Source: Escherichia coli (GTDB lineage Bacteria > Pseudomonadota > Gammaproteobacteria > Enterobacterales > Enterobacteriaceae). Taken from it: a DNA stretch of 64,000 bases. The DNA is taken from assembly GCF_024298765.1 (NCBI RefSeq), contig NZ_CP101210.1, one strand, 5' to 3'. Shown piece after piece: positions 46,701 to 58,330 of this stretch. The position numbers and the translations under genes are program-made. The notes under the pieces are model-generated. The model ran no database searches. It worked only from the letters and a program-made list of their open reading frames with translations, and was not told the DNA's origin. The stretch's first letter is position 1. Each line of letters starts with the position of its first letter.

Positions 46701-47945
46701 TTAACACAACCGTTTTTCGATCCAGTCTGTGATTTCCTGAAGGCCTTTGTCAAAATTCCGATACACCGGGTTAAATGGGATCTCTAATAATTTACCGTCA
46801 GCAGATGACGACGTGATTAAGCGTGAGTCCTCTTCCGGGCTGAACGGATCGTTCTTCCAGTAGCCTGATAACATTGGCGTTGGGCAGCGACGTCCCAGCA
46901 ATCCTTGCACTTTTAATGAATAGCGATTCAACTCCACTCGCAACGCTTCATCGGAAGCATCATGCATCCCTAAACGACTGGCCAGAACGTCAAGATACAT
47001 TTCCGGCACCTGTTGCTGGCACTTAAAATCACTCAACAGGGTATGAACTACCGGACCAAGACAGGCAACCACTTTCAGACGCGGCGATTCAAGGTATGCC
47101 AGACGCACGGCAACGTTAGCGCCGAAACGGAAACCAAAGGCCGCGACGCGAGTGTGATCCACCCACGGTACGTTAGGCAGCGCCTTTAAAACGTGCTGAT
47201 GCAACAGGCTGGAGTCCTGGGTGAGCTTCCATTTTGAAGAAAAGCCCACCGACGGCATATCAATAGTCAGCATAGCAATGCCGCGCGGCGCAAAATAACG
47301 TTCATACAGGCTGTAATAGTCCGTCTGCATCGCATCCAGACCACCACACATTAATACTGTCGGGAACGGGCCATCGCCTTTCGGCATATGCAAAAAGCCG
47401 GTGATGGGCGCACCGCCGGGTACGGTAAACTCCATCTGCCGCATCGTGCCCGGCAGACGCTGAGCGGCCTCTTCATAGGCGCGGTTTGACAAAGCCTGCG
47501 CTTGCTCGGCCAGGTCATCTCCTTTCAGATGAGGATAGGCAGCAATGTTGTACAACGTAGCCGCATGCAGCCAGTGTCGACCGCTGAGTTGCGGATCTTC
47601 TTCCGCACAGGCTTTTTGTTGCCACACCATCGCCTGGGTAGCCCACTCATAAATCCAGTTGCCGCCGCGGTAGCCAATCACCGTATCGTATAAATCATCG
47701 TCGGTACGTTCGGCATCGCTCATCACAATACGCGCCTGGACGTCGAGGATTTCACGGGGGTCAATGCCGCGCCAGATCCACATCAGACGGTTAATCATGC
47801 GATACCAGTGAGGGATGGTTTTACCATCAAGGGCCGACTGCACAGGCGGTTGTGCGCCGTGACTAAAGCGGCGGACTAGCGTCGAGGTTTCAGGATGTTT
47901 AAAGCGGGGTTTGAACAGGGTTTCGCTCAGGTTTGCCTGTGTCAT
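46701..47945 (-). CDS. frsA: Esterase FrsA (alpha/beta hydrolase)
   Basis: 414 aa with alpha/beta-hydrolase core. Confidence 0.95.
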   Translation of the reverse strand: MTQANLSETLFKPRFKHPETSTLVRRFSHGAQPPVQSALDGKTIPHWYRMINRLMWIWRGIDPREILDVQARIVMSDAERTDDDLYDTVIGYRGGNWIYEWATQAMVWQQKACAEEDPQLSGRHWLHAATLYNIAAYPHLKGDDLAEQAQALSNRAYEEAAQRLPGTMRQMEFTVPGGAPITGFLHMPKGDGPFPTVLMCGGLDAMQTDYYSLYERYFAPRGIAMLTIDMPSVGFSSKWKLTQDSSLLHQHVLKALPNVPWVDHTRVAAFGFRFGANVAVRLAYLESPRLKVVACLGPVVHTLLSDFKCQQQVPEMYLDVLASRLGMHDASDEALRVELNRYSLKVQGLLGRRCPTPMLSGYWKNDPFSPEEDSRLITSSSADGKLLEIPFNPVYRNFDKGLQEITDWIEKRLC

Positions 47946-48036
47946 GGATGCAGCCTCCAGAATACTTACTGGAAACTATTGTAACCCGCCTGAAGTTAAA
48001 AAGAACAACGCCCGGCAGTGCCAGGCGTTGAAAAGA

Positions 48037-48495
48037 TTAGCGACCGGAGATTGGCGGGACGAATACGACGCCCATATCCCACGGCTGTTCGATCCAGGTA
48101 TTTTGCGGGATATCAACAACATAATCATCAACCAGCGGACGACCAGCCGGTTTTGCGAAGATGGTGACAAAGTGCGCTTTTGGATACATTTCACGAATCG
48201 CAACCGCAGTACCACCGGTATCTACCAGGTCATCAATAACGATGAAGCCTTCGCCATCGCCTTCTGCGCGTTTCAGCACTTTAAGCTCGCGCTGGTTGTC
48301 GTGATCGTAGCTGGAAATACAAACGGTATCGACATGACGAATACCCAGTTCACGCGCCAGTAACGCACCCGGTACCAGACCGCCACGGCTTACGGCAATA
48401 ATGCCTTTCCATTGTTCAGAAGGCATCAGTCGGCTTGCGAGTTTACGTGCATGGATCTGCAACATGTCCCAGGTGACGATGTATTTTTCGCTCAT
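48037..48495 (-). CDS. gpt: Xanthine-guanine phosphoribosyltransferase
   Basis: 152 aa; PRPP-binding motif [11 protein letters not shown]. Confidence 0.95.
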   Translation of the reverse strand: MSEKYIVTWDMLQIHARKLASRLMPSEQWKGIIAVSRGGLVPGALLARELGIRHVDTVCISSYDHDNQRELKVLKRAEGDGEGFIVIDDLVDTGGTAVAIREMYPKAHFVTIFAKPAGRPLVDDYVVDIPQNTWIEQPWDMGVVFVPPISGR

Positions 48496-48755
48496 GTGAA
48501 GTGTCCCAGCCTGTTTATCTACGGCTTAAAAAGTGTTCGAGGGGAAAATAGGTTGCGCGAGATTATAGAGATCTGGCGCACTAAAAACCAGTATTTCACA
48601 TGAGTCCGCGTCTTTTTACGCACTGCCTCTCCCTGACGCGGGATAAAGTGGTATTCTCAAACATATCTCGCAAGCCTGTCTTGTGTTGACAACATTTTCT
48701 GCTAACCCTGTGACCTGCAATACTGTTTTGCGGGTGATCGACAAGGAGACTTAAC

Positions 48756-50213
48756 GTGTCTGAACTGTCTCAATTATCTCCACAGCCGCTGTGGGATATT
48801 TTTGCCAAAATCTGTTCTATTCCTCACCCGTCCTATCATGAAGAGCAACTCGCTGAATACATTGTTGGTTGGGCAAAAGAGAAAGGTTTCCATGTCGAAC
48901 GCGATCAGGTAGGTAATATCCTGATTCGTAAACCTGCTACCGCAGGTATGGAAAATCGTAAACCGGTCGTCTTGCAGGCCCACCTCGATATGGTGCCGCA
49001 AAAAAACAACGACACCGTGCATGACTTCACTAAAGATCCTATCCAGCCTTATATTGATGGCGAATGGGTTAAAGCACGCGGCACCACGCTGGGTGCGGAT
49101 AACGGCATTGGTATGGCCTCTGCACTGGCGGTTCTGGCTGACGAAAACGTGGTTCACGGCCCGCTGGAAGTGCTGCTGACCATGACCGAAGAAGCCGGTA
49201 TGGACGGTGCTTTTGGCTTACAGAGCAACTGGTTGCAGGCTGATATTCTGATTAACACCGACTCCGAAGAAGAAGGTGAAATCTACATGGGTTGTGCGGG
49301 AGGTATCGACTTCACCTCCAACCTGCATTTAGATCGTGAAGCGGTTCCAGCTGGTTTTGAAACCTTCAAGTTAACCTTAAAAGGTCTGAAAGGCGGTCAC
49401 TCCGGCGGTGAAATCCACGTTGGCCTGGGTAATGCCAACAAACTGCTGGTGCGCTTCCTGGCGGGTCATGCAGAAGAACTGGACCTGCGCCTTATTGATT
49501 TCAACGGCGGCACACTGCGTAACGCCATCCCGCGTGAAGCCTTTGCGACCATTGCTGTCGCAGCTGATAAAGTCGACGCCCTGAAATCTCTGGTGGATAC
49601 CTATCAGGAGATCCTGAAAAACGAACTGGCAGAAAAAGAGAAGAATCTGGCATTGCTGCTGGACTCCGTAGCGAACGACAAAGCTGCATTAACGGCGACA
49701 TCTCGCGATACCTTTATTCGTCTGCTGAACGCAACCCCGAACGGTGTGATCCGCAACTCCGACGTGGCAAAAGGTGTGGTCGAAACCTCCCTGAACGTCG
49801 GTGTGGTGACCATGACCGACAATAACGTAGAAATTCACTGCCTGATCCGTTCTCTGATCGACAGCGGTAAAGACTACGTAGTGAGCATGCTGGATTCACT
49901 GGGTAAACTGGCAGGTGCGAAAACAGAAGCAAAAGGCGCATATCCTGGCTGGCAGCCGGACGCTAACTCTCCGGTAATGCATCTGGTACGTGAAACCTAT
50001 CAGCGTCTGTTCAACAAGACGCCGAACATCCAGATTATCCACGCGGGCCTGGAATGTGGTCTGTTCAAAAAACCGTATCCGGAAATGGACATGGTGTCTA
50101 TCGGGCCAACCATCACCGGTCCACACTCTCCGGATGAGCAAGTTCATATCGAAAGCGTTGGCCATTACTGGACACTGCTGACTGAACTGCTGAAAGAAAT
50201 TCCGGCGAAGTAA
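48756..50213 (+). CDS. pepD: Cytosol non-specific dipeptidase (aminoacyl-histidine dipeptidase) PepD
   Basis: 485 aa M20-family metallopeptidase; GTG start preceded by aggag. Confidence 0.95.
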   Translation: MSELSQLSPQPLWDIFAKICSIPHPSYHEEQLAEYIVGWAKEKGFHVERDQVGNILIRKPATAGMENRKPVVLQAHLDMVPQKNNDTVHDFTKDPIQPYIDGEWVKARGTTLGADNGIGMASALAVLADENVVHGPLEVLLTMTEEAGMDGAFGLQSNWLQADILINTDSEEEGEIYMGCAGGIDFTSNLHLDREAVPAGFETFKLTLKGLKGGHSGGEIHVGLGNANKLLVRFLAGHAEELDLRLIDFNGGTLRNAIPREAFATIAVAADKVDALKSLVDTYQEILKNELAEKEKNLALLLDSVANDKAALTATSRDTFIRLLNATPNGVIRNSDVAKGVVETSLNVGVVTMTDNNVEIHCLIRSLIDSGKDYVVSMLDSLGKLAGAKTEAKGAYPGWQPDANSPVMHLVRETYQRLFNKTPNIQIIHAGLECGLFKKPYPEMDMVSIGPTITGPHSPDEQVHIESVGHYWTLLTELLKEIPAK

Positions 50214-50269
50214 TTATTTGATTTGCTGCCGGATGGCGTTTAATCGCCTTCCGGCAGTTTCATCCTTCA

Positions 50270-50884
50270 TTACCCTTCGATAAAGGCCATCCCTGTAAAC
50301 GTTCGTCGCGGGTTGCCACGTTCAATCTGGTGATGGAACATTCGCCGCTGCGATTTCAGCGCCGCGCTATTTTCCTGTTGCTGTTGTTCCAGCTTCCAGG
50401 CAATCAGTAATCGCGCCAGCCGTTTGTTAGCATGCTGACTGCGCTCTGACTGAACCTTCACGCTAATACCGGATGCCAGATGCGTGGCGCGTACCGCCGA
50501 GTCGGTTTTATTGACATGTTGACCGCCCGGCCCCGACGAACGCAGCGTCTCATAACGGATTGCATCCGATTGTTCCTGCTCATCAGCGGTAAAACGCCCA
50601 ATGCCCAGAAACCAGTTTTTGCGCCCATGATGAGGCCGATACGGACTCGGACAAATCCACTGAATAGTGCCGCACCAGCTTTCGCTTAGAGCCCATGCGT
50701 TATCGCCATCCAGAGAAATCAGCGCCGAACGCAGTGTGTCAGAGTAGCGACCCGTTTCTGTTTCCAGCACCGTTACCGCGACGTCCTGTCGGGTAGCTTC
50801 TTTAATCAGCCTGTCCAGTGCTTTTCTCACTGCGAGACAACATTCTTCCGGCCCCTGAGCAGAGGAGAGTTGTAGCAAGATCAT
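50270..50884 (-). CDS. prfH: Peptide chain release factor homolog PrfH (GGQ motif present), apparently full length
   Basis: Start at [14 protein letters not shown] overlapping the upstream rtcB-like stop (ATGA); contains [15 protein letters not shown]. Confidence 0.85.
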
Positions 50885-52020
50885 CCTTTTTTCCCTCCAC
50901 TGTTTTTGAGCGTCAGCACCGGGCGCAGTCGCGCGACAGGAATAATTAACCCAGCCAGCACCAGACATTGCACCACGCTTTCAGCCGATTTATAGGCTTG
51001 TGGCGCTTCTTCAAAGATGAGTTGTTTATCGCGACAAATTACCCGACTGCCAAGTTCAGTCCGCGAGAGTTGCGTCGCCGTGTATTTCGCTGCCAGACGC
51101 CCTTTACACTCGGTGCGCCCCCATTTACGCCCCGCCCCATGCGCCAGCGAGTGGAGCGTTTTTTCGTTCGCAACAGGTTTAACCAGCCAGGAGTAATCGC
51201 CGCGTGAACCGGGAATAATCACCAGACCGTTGTCATCCGGCGTGGCGCCTTTACGATGCAACCAGCCCTGTTGATCGCCGATTTGGCACGCGCTAACAAA
51301 GTTATGCGCCACATCCAGAACCGGACTTCCGGTGGCCTTAACTTGTTGCATTATGCGCAAAGCGATCAGCTGGCGATTAATACGCGCAAACGCCAGCGCA
51401 TCGTCATGTTCCGCAATATACCGTAGCGCGTCGTCACTGCCTTCAGGCAAACCATGATGCGAAAACGAGGCAATATGCCGCTGTAAAATAGACTGCCCCA
51501 ATCCCCTCGAGCCGCTATGAACCAGCAGTTGCAGATGCTGCGCATCCAGACCAGCCAGTGCAAACAGTTCCGCGTCGATAATTTGATCAATCTGTTGCAG
51601 TTCTACGAAGTGGTTACCGCCACCGATGGAGCCAAGCGAGTTGCGCCACGGATGCTGTGCAAATGCTGACGGCAGGTTTTCCTCCAGCCAGCTTTCTTCA
51701 GCAACGTCATCCAGATCTGATAATCGCTTTTCAAACTTATCGGCGTTGTATTTGCGAGCGAGAATATCTGTTTGCCATAGCGCCATGCCGCAGCCGATAT
51801 CATTGCCGACCAGTGCCGGGTAAAAACGACCAACAGAGAAGAACGCTGCGCCAATCGGGTAGCCGCGTCCGGGATGTAAATCTGGCATCCCCACAACGCG
51901 CTGCATGTTGGGTAAATTTGCCGTGGTGTGTAATTGTTGGATCGCTAAACTCTCGATCCACAGGTCATCAGATGCGATGGTAAATACCGCATCGGATAAG
52001 GGACGAATATATTTGCCCAT
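50881..52020 (-). CDS. rtcB: RtcB-family RNA ligase paralog coupled to prfH
   Basis: Start at [13 protein letters not shown] within ORF 50881..52032; RtcB-like His/Cys-rich motifs ([17 protein letters not shown]). Confidence 0.8.
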   Translation of the reverse strand: MGKYIRPLSDAVFTIASDDLWIESLAIQQLHTTANLPNMQRVVGMPDLHPGRGYPIGAAFFSVGRFYPALVGNDIGCGMALWQTDILARKYNADKFEKRLSDLDDVAEESWLEENLPSAFAQHPWRNSLGSIGGGNHFVELQQIDQIIDAELFALAGLDAQHLQLLVHSGSRGLGQSILQRHIASFSHHGLPEGSDDALRYIAEHDDALAFARINRQLIALRIMQQVKATGSPVLDVAHNFVSACQIGDQQGWLHRKGATPDDNGLVIIPGSRGDYSWLVKPVANEKTLHSLAHGAGRKWGRTECKGRLAAKYTATQLSRTELGSRVICRDKQLIFEEAPQAYKSAESVVQCLVLAGLIIPVARLRPVLTLKNSGGKKG

Positions 52021-52209
52021 GTACCATTCCATTTATGAATAAAAATCAGGAAATGGCAGACGAATCCAGGGCAAGAAAAAAGAATTAATCCTGGAAAGGT
52101 CTGCAAAGAGTCATTGATAAAGGATTTGTCATGATTTACCTCCTTGCAGTTTGTGGAATAAGAAAACGCGCACATACTAGACGGGCGTTATTTTCATTGC
52201 AAGCTGGAT

Positions 52210-52662
52210 TTAATGTTGCGGTTTATATCGCATATAAAAATTAGTAAACCACGTTCCCCGGCATTCAACGCGCTGCTGCTTAACTGTCTGAAAACCATAA
52301 CGTTCAAAAAAGGGTTTTGCGGTTATGCTGGCGTCCACCGTAAGTTCGGATTCAGACTTAATCAATGGTTTTAACAAAGCGCTGGCAACTCCGCGTCGGG
52401 TGTATTCCGGTTCAACAAATAACATATCGATATAATGTCCAATGCGGGTAATAAAACCAACCGGTTGTGCATTAATAACTGCAACCCGCACTTGTGATTT
52501 CGCGAGTTTCTCCTTCCAGCGAGATTCGTCAATCTGCGCCCAGGCGGCAATTTGCTGTGGAGAATAGTGCTGACTCGCCGTCATCGTAACAGCTCGAAGG
52601 AAAATAGCGCATAGTTGCTGAAAATCACCAGGCTGATAGTTTCTTATTTGTATGTTATTCAT
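52210..52662 (-). CDS. yafP: GNAT-family N-acetyltransferase YafP
   Basis: 150-aa ORF; start overlaps the dinB stop. Confidence 0.9.
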   Translation of the reverse strand: MNNIQIRNYQPGDFQQLCAIFLRAVTMTASQHYSPQQIAAWAQIDESRWKEKLAKSQVRVAVINAQPVGFITRIGHYIDMLFVEPEYTRRGVASALLKPLIKSESELTVDASITAKPFFERYGFQTVKQQRVECRGTWFTNFYMRYKPQH

Positions 52663-53714
52663 AATCCCAGCACCAGTTGTCTTTCCATTTGAGGGTCAAG
52701 CAACGTCACATGCAGCCCCACCAGTCGCACACCGCGCCCGCCGCGACGTTCATCCCAGGTTTTACGCGCGGTGGCGATTAGATCAGCTTTATTCAGCCGC
52801 GGCCAGACGTGCTCCTGAGTAGTTTGCTGAAAATCGTCGAACTTTAATTTCACCCCCTGGCGAGCAATCAGTAAATCAGGTTTTACCTTTGCCAGACGGC
52901 GTTCAAGTTCAGGATACAGCCGCTCAATAATCGCTTCACATTCAGACCAGTGATGAATATCTTCCGCCATCGTGCGTTCCACGCCGACGGATTTTCGCAA
53001 CCGTTCACTGTTAACGTCGCGCTCGTCAATCCCCTGACTACGCTCCCACAAAATGCGGCCAAATTTGCCAAAGCGTTTAAGCAGAATCACCAGATCACAC
53101 TTTTGCACATCACCGCAGGTCCGCAGCCCCATCGCTTCCAGTTTTGCCGCCGAGACTTTGCCGACGCCGGGAATTTTTGCCAGCGGTAAGGTTTGCAGAA
53201 ATGCCGGAACTTCTGCCGGCGTAATCACAAACTGACCGTTGGGTTTATTCATGTCGGAAGCAATTTTGGCGAGAAACTTGACCGGCGCAACGCCCGCAGA
53301 CGCCGTCAGTTGCAGCTCGTTGAAGATCGTCTGGCGGATTTCCTGGGCGATGAGGGTCGCAGAACCGTGGCAATGGACGCTATCGGTGACATCGAGATAG
53401 GCTTCATCCAGTGATAACGGTTCAATGCGCGAGGTATAGCGCGAGAAAATTTCGCGGATATGATTTGAGGCTTCTTTGTAGGCGTCAAAGCGCCCTGGAA
53501 GCAAGGTGAGATGCGGGCATAATTTGAGCGCCATCCCTGTCGGCATAGCGCTACGTACGCCAAATTTACGCGCGGGATAATTGGCGGTGCTGATCACCCC
53601 CCGTCGTTCGCGGCTGCCGCCAATAGCAATAGGGATATCGCGCAGGGCGGGATTATCGCGCATCTCCACCGCTGCGAAAAAGCAGTCCATATCCACATGA
53701 ATGATTTTACGCAT
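52659..53714 (-). CDS. dinB: DNA polymerase IV (Y-family translesion polymerase)
   Basis: 351 aa [33 protein letters not shown]...; UmuC-type catalytic motifs. Confidence 0.95.
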   Translation of the reverse strand: MRKIIHVDMDCFFAAVEMRDNPALRDIPIAIGGSRERRGVISTANYPARKFGVRSAMPTGMALKLCPHLTLLPGRFDAYKEASNHIREIFSRYTSRIEPLSLDEAYLDVTDSVHCHGSATLIAQEIRQTIFNELQLTASAGVAPVKFLAKIASDMNKPNGQFVITPAEVPAFLQTLPLAKIPGVGKVSAAKLEAMGLRTCGDVQKCDLVILLKRFGKFGRILWERSQGIDERDVNSERLRKSVGVERTMAEDIHHWSECEAIIERLYPELERRLAKVKPDLLIARQGVKLKFDDFQQTTQEHVWPRLNKADLIATARKTWDERRGGRGVRLVGLHVTLLDPQMERQLVLGL

Positions 53715-53784
53715 TGCTCACCTCTCAACACTGGTAAAGTATACAGTAATTTCAGGGGTTGAGAAATGCGTAAAGATTCAGCAT

Positions 53785-54500
53785 TTAACGCGCTCGCTGC
53801 GAAAGCACCTGCTGCTTATCCAGCTTTTGCACCAGCGGCTGCACCACTTTATCCCCATGCTGACCAAAGTATTGATACAGCGTATCGGACGCACTTTTGG
53901 TCAGCACCATAATCTCAATGCGCCGGTTGCCCGCGCTTTGCGGATTTTTGGCATCCAGCAACATCTGGTCCGCCATTGCGCTTACCTGCATCACTTTATC
54001 TTCCGGCATTCCGGCCTCTTCCAGCACCCGACGAGCCGAAAGCGCGCGATCGCCCGAAAGGTTCCAGTTGTTGTAGATATTGTTTTTGTAGGCCATCGCA
54101 TCGGTATGCCCGGTAATAATAATTTTGTTATCGAGAGAGTCGAACACCGGCGCAAGCTCCACCAGCAGCGTTTTAAAGAACGGCATAATCTTCGCGCTGC
54201 CGCGTTCAAACATATTGCGGTTCTGGTCGTCTTTAATCAGCACGCGTAATCCCTGGGGAACAATCTCCATCTCCAGATTCGCTTCCATATGCGCATCACG
54301 GGCGATGGTATTGATACTGGTTGCCAGCTCGCCAAGCTCGGTGGCGGATTTCTTCTTCAGCAGCGCCGTTTTCTCGTTGACGTCGCGCGCTTTTTTCTCC
54401 GTCTCTTCCGGCACCGCCACGGTGGCAGGTTTTGGCGGATGAGACGGGCTGATTTTATTTAACGGCGACAGCCCGCCACCATTGAAAATCGACTGCCCGT
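53785..54500 (-). pseudogene. lafU: Remnant of lateral-flagellar (Flag-2) motor protein gene lafU (MotB-like C-terminal OmpA domain)
   Basis: C-terminal OmpA/MotB-like region (...IIITGHTDAMAYKNNIYNNWNLSGDRALSARRVLEEAGMPED...); N-terminal part of ORF 53785..54675 is antisense to the lfhA fragment and not MotB-like. Confidence 0.7.
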
Positions 54501-54544
54501 GCAGCGCGGCGATAATGCTTTCACGCTCGGATTTACTGACGCTG

Positions 54545-56254
54545 TTGACAATCAACTTTATCGTCGTCACCAAGGGGGCCGAGCGTATTTCCGAGGTTTC
54601 TGCCCGCTTTACCCTGGACGCGATGCCCGGCAAACAGATGGCGATTGACGCCGATCTTAACGCCGGGTTGATCAACCAGACGCAGGCGCAAACCCGGCGT
54701 AAAGATGTCGCCAGCGAGGCCGATTTCTACGGCGCAATGGACGGGGCATCAAAATTTGTGCGCGGGGACGCCATCGCCGGGATGATGATTCTGGCAATCA
54801 ACCTGATCGGCGGCGTCTGTATCGGCATCTTCAAATACAACCTGAGCGCCGACGCCGCCTTCCAGCAATATGTGCTGATGACTATCGGCGATGGGCTGGT
54901 GGCGCAAATCCCTTCCCTGCTGCTCTCCACCGCGGCGGCGATTATCGTCACCCGCGTCAGCGATAACGGTGATATCGCCCATGACGTGCGTAATCAGTTG
55001 CTGGCAAGCCCGTCGGTTCTCTACACCGCCACTGGAATTATGTTCGTGCTGGCGGTGGTGCCGGGAATGCCGCATTTCCCGTTCCTGATGTTCAGCGCCC
55101 TGCTTGGTTTTACCGGCTGGCGGATGAGCAAGCGCCCGCAAGCGGCGGAGGCGGAAGAGAAAAGCCTCGAAACGCTAACCCGTACGATGACAGAAACCAG
55201 CGAGCAACAGGTCAGTTGGGAAACTATTCCGCTGATCGAACCTATCAGTTTAAGCCTCGGCTACAAACTGGTGGCGCTGGTGGATAAAGCGCAGGGCAAC
55301 CCGCTCACCCAGCGTATTCGCGGCGTACGTCAGGTGATTTCCGACGGCAACGGCGTGCTGCTGCCGGAGATCCGTATTCGGGAAAACTTCCGCCTCAAGC
55401 CCAGCCAGTACGCCATTTTCATCAACGGCATTAAGGCTGATGAAGCGGATATTCCGGCAGATAAACTGATGGCCCTGCCCTCCAGCGAAACCTACGGCGA
55501 GATAGACGGCGTGCTGGGGAACGACCCGGCGTACGGGATGCCGGTCACCTGGATTCAGCCCGCGCAGAAAGCGAAGGCGCTGAATATGGGGTATCAGGTG
55601 ATCGACAGCGCCAGCGTAATTGCCACCCATGTGAATAAGATTGTGCGCAGCTATATTCCTGATTTGTTTAACTATGACGATATTACTCAGCTGCATAACC
55701 GTTTGTCGTCGATGGCACCGCGACTGGCGGAAGATTTGAGCGCGGCGCTCAATTACAGCCAGTTGCTGAAAGTGTACCGGGCGCTACTGACTGAAGGCGT
55801 TTCCCTGCGCGATATCGTCACCATCGCCACCGTGTTGGTCGCCAGTAGTGCGGTGACTAAAGATCATATTCTGCTGGCGGCCGATGTGCGCCTGGCGCTG
55901 CGGCGCAGCATTACCCATCCGTTCGTTCGCAAGCAGGAGCTGACGGTGTATACGCTGAATAATGAGCTGGAAAATCTGCTGACCAACGTGGTGAATCAGG
56001 CGCAACAGGCCGGCAAAGTGATGCTTGATAGCGTGCCAGTGGATCCGAATATGCTCAACCAGTTCCAGAGCACGATGCCTCAGGTGAAGGAGCAGATGAA
56101 AGCGGCGGGGAAAGATCCGGTGCTGCTGGTGCCGCCGCAGCTGCGCCCCTTGCTGGCGCGCTACGCAAGGTTGTTTGCGCCGGGGCTGCATGTGCTGTCG
56201 TATAACGAAGTGCCGGATGAGCTGGAGTTGAAGATAATGGGGGCGCTGATATAG
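54545..56254 (+). pseudogene. lfhA: 5'-truncated lateral-flagellar FlhA homolog (lfhA), remnant of the Flag-2 cluster
   Basis: FlhA-like from ...INFIVVTKGAERISEVSARFTLDAMPGKQMAIDADLNAG (about FlhA residue 140) to the C-terminus; the first ~20 codons of ORF 54482..56254 are not FlhA-like. Confidence 0.75.
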
Positions 56255-56257
56255 GCA

Positions 56258-56535
56258 TGATAAGACGCGTCTGCGTCGCATCTGGCACCGGTACACAACC
56301 GCCGGATGCGGCGTGAACGCCTTATCCGGCCTACGGGTGAGCACGGTTTTGTCGGCATGATAAGACGCGTGGCGTCGCATCTGGCATCGGCGCACAACCG
56401 CCGGATGCGGCGTGAACGCCTTATCCGGCCTACTGGTGAGTGCGGTTTTGTCGGCATGATAAGACGCGTAGTGTCGCATCAGACACCGGCGCACAACCGC
56501 CAGATGCGGCGTGAACGCCTTATCCGGCCTACAAA
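56258..56535. repeat. REP/BIME cluster: three tandem ~98-bp units of repetitive extragenic palindromes
   Basis: Repeated gcatgataagacgcg...gtcgcatc...gccggatgcggcgtgaacgccttatccggcctac units at ~56258, 56356, 56454. Confidence 0.85.
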
Positions 56536-57287
56536 ATCGTCTCTTCCGTCAAAATCCGTCGCGCGCCTAAAAAATGGTCCTGCCAGAAAGGTTCGGCTAA
56601 CCGACTTACCCGAATGGTTTCCCCGGTGCGCGGTGACTCGATAAACTGACCGTCTCCAAGATATACGCCCATATGGTCGGCTATCTCACGACTGTGGATA
56701 TGGAAAAACAGCAAATCTCCCCGGCGCAGGTCGTTATTCGCCACAATCGTTGCCCGACGGTAGTGGTACATCTCATTGGCCGTGCGCGGGAGCTTAGCCT
56801 CAAGGATCTTGTTGTAGGCATAAAAAACCAACCCGCTACAGTCGAAGCCTTTATCAGGCCGCGTGCCCCCCCAGATATAAGGCTTACCTAGCTGCTGCTC
56901 CAGGCGGTGAATCGCCACTTCGGTGATGTTATGTAGATGGTCGCTGCTTAAGAAATGATTATTCTCCACCAACGCCTGCCAGCGTCTGTCACTCGCCTTG
57001 AGCGGCGCAGGAAACCATTCTGGATGCTGTTTTATCTGCTCCCGATTATGCTGGCGCAGCGCCCTTCTGCTTTTGGCATTGCCTTCCACAATATAGCTGG
57101 CCTGCTTTTTCAGATGGGTTTGGTACTGTTTTAATAAACGCGCACGGTTTTGCATCCGCTGGCGGGCGGCGTAGCTAAAAGAGATATGTGATGTGGTGGC
57201 GCTGGCGAGTAAAGGGAGCAAAACGCATAACGAAAACACGCCTGGATGCAGAAATCTGCCGTGCAAGAACGAAGACATGAAGGACAT
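56529..57287 (-). CDS. yafL: NlpC/P60-family peptidoglycan endopeptidase lipoprotein YafL
   Basis: 252-aa ORF with signal/lipobox-like N-terminus and NlpC/P60 catalytic region (...FDCSGLVFYAY...HMGVYLGDGQFIESP). Confidence 0.85.
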   Translation of the reverse strand: MSFMSSFLHGRFLHPGVFSLCVLLPLLASATTSHISFSYAARQRMQNRARLLKQYQTHLKKQASYIVEGNAKSRRALRQHNREQIKQHPEWFPAPLKASDRRWQALVENNHFLSSDHLHNITEVAIHRLEQQLGKPYIWGGTRPDKGFDCSGLVFYAYNKILEAKLPRTANEMYHYRRATIVANNDLRRGDLLFFHIHSREIADHMGVYLGDGQFIESPRTGETIRVSRLAEPFWQDHFLGARRILTEETIL

Positions 57288-57589
57288 AAACCAGCTGAAT
57301 GAAGGTGAGAATTTTAAAAGACCGGAGGAGTAAACGGGATTATTAATTGCTTATTTGCATATTACTATTGCGGTTTCATAATCTTAGGAAATAAGAAATA
57401 AATCTACAATCCATGCGCTTTTCGGACTCTTGAAAACTGCCCCTGTGCTAAATTTGTAAACCCTGCGCCGACAGGCTTGCGTAAAACTCTTTTGGTGATA
57501 ATGTGAGCCTTCCAAATCCAGACTATTCCGATTTGGGATTCATTTTGCCGTCCTGGCGTGTGTAACCGTTTTATCAAGGAATAAGCAGT

Positions 57590-58330
57590 ATGCGTAAAAT
57601 CGCATTAATTCTTGCGATGTTGTTGATCCCGTGCGTTTCGTTTGCCGGTTTGCTGGGCAGCAGTAGCTCGACCACGCCAGTGAGCAAAGAGTATAAGCAG
57701 CAGTTGATGGGATCCCCTGTCTACATCCAGATCTTCAAGGAAGAACGTACGCTCGATCTCTACGTCAAAATGGGCGAGCAATATCAACTGCTCGACAGCT
57801 ATAAAATCTGTAAATATTCCGGCGGATTAGGGCCAAAACAGCGTCAGGGCGATTTCAAAAGCCCGGAAGGGTTTTATAGCGTCCAGCGTAATCAGTTAAA
57901 ACCAGACAGCCGTTACTACAAAGCGATTAATATTGGATTCCCAAACGCCTATGACCGTGCGCATGGTTATGAAGGGAAATACCTGATGATTCACGGCGAT
58001 TGTGTTTCCATCGGCTGCTACGCGATGACCAATCAGGGTATTGATGAGATCTTCCAGTTCGTTACTGGTGCGCTGGTGTTTGGTCAGCCGAGCGTGCAAG
58101 TGAGTATTTACCCGTTCCGTATGACCGACGCCAATATGAAGCGCCATAAATATTCCAACTTTAAGGACTTCTGGGAGCAACTGAAGCCGGGCTACGACTA
58201 CTTTGAGCAAACCCGTAAGCCACCGACCGTTTCTGTGGTCAATGGCCGTTACGTGGTCAGCAAGCCGTTAAGCCACGAAGTTGTGCAGCCACAACTGGCA
58301 TCAAACTACACGCTCCCCGAGGAAAAATAA
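57590..58330 (+). CDS. yafK: YafK (DpaA), L,D-transpeptidase-fold periplasmic protein
   Basis: 246 aa with signal peptide [19 protein letters not shown] and YkuD-type motif [12 protein letters not shown]. Confidence 0.9.
   Translation: MRKIALILAMLLIPCVSFAGLLGSSSSTTPVSKEYKQQLMGSPVYIQIFKEERTLDLYVKMGEQYQLLDSYKICKYSGGLGPKQRQGDFKSPEGFYSVQRNQLKPDSRYYKAINIGFPNAYDRAHGYEGKYLMIHGDCVSIGCYAMTNQGIDEIFQFVTGALVFGQPSVQVSIYPFRMTDANMKRHKYSNFKDFWEQLKPGYDYFEQTRKPPTVSVVNGRYVVSKPLSHEVVQPQLASNYTLPEEK

Noticed and set aside
54482-54544. First ~20 codons of ORF 54482..56254 as the start of an intact flhA-like gene
   Set aside because: The N-terminal residues (MKIDCPCSAAIMLSRSDLL) are not FlhA-like and FlhA homology begins at about residue 140 of FlhA; the gene is a 5'-truncated remnant.
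56258-56535. Tandem ~98-bp repeats considered as a possible CRISPR array
   Set aside because: Units are REP/BIME palindromes with no unique spacers of fixed length and no cas genes nearby; no CRISPR array is present in the window.
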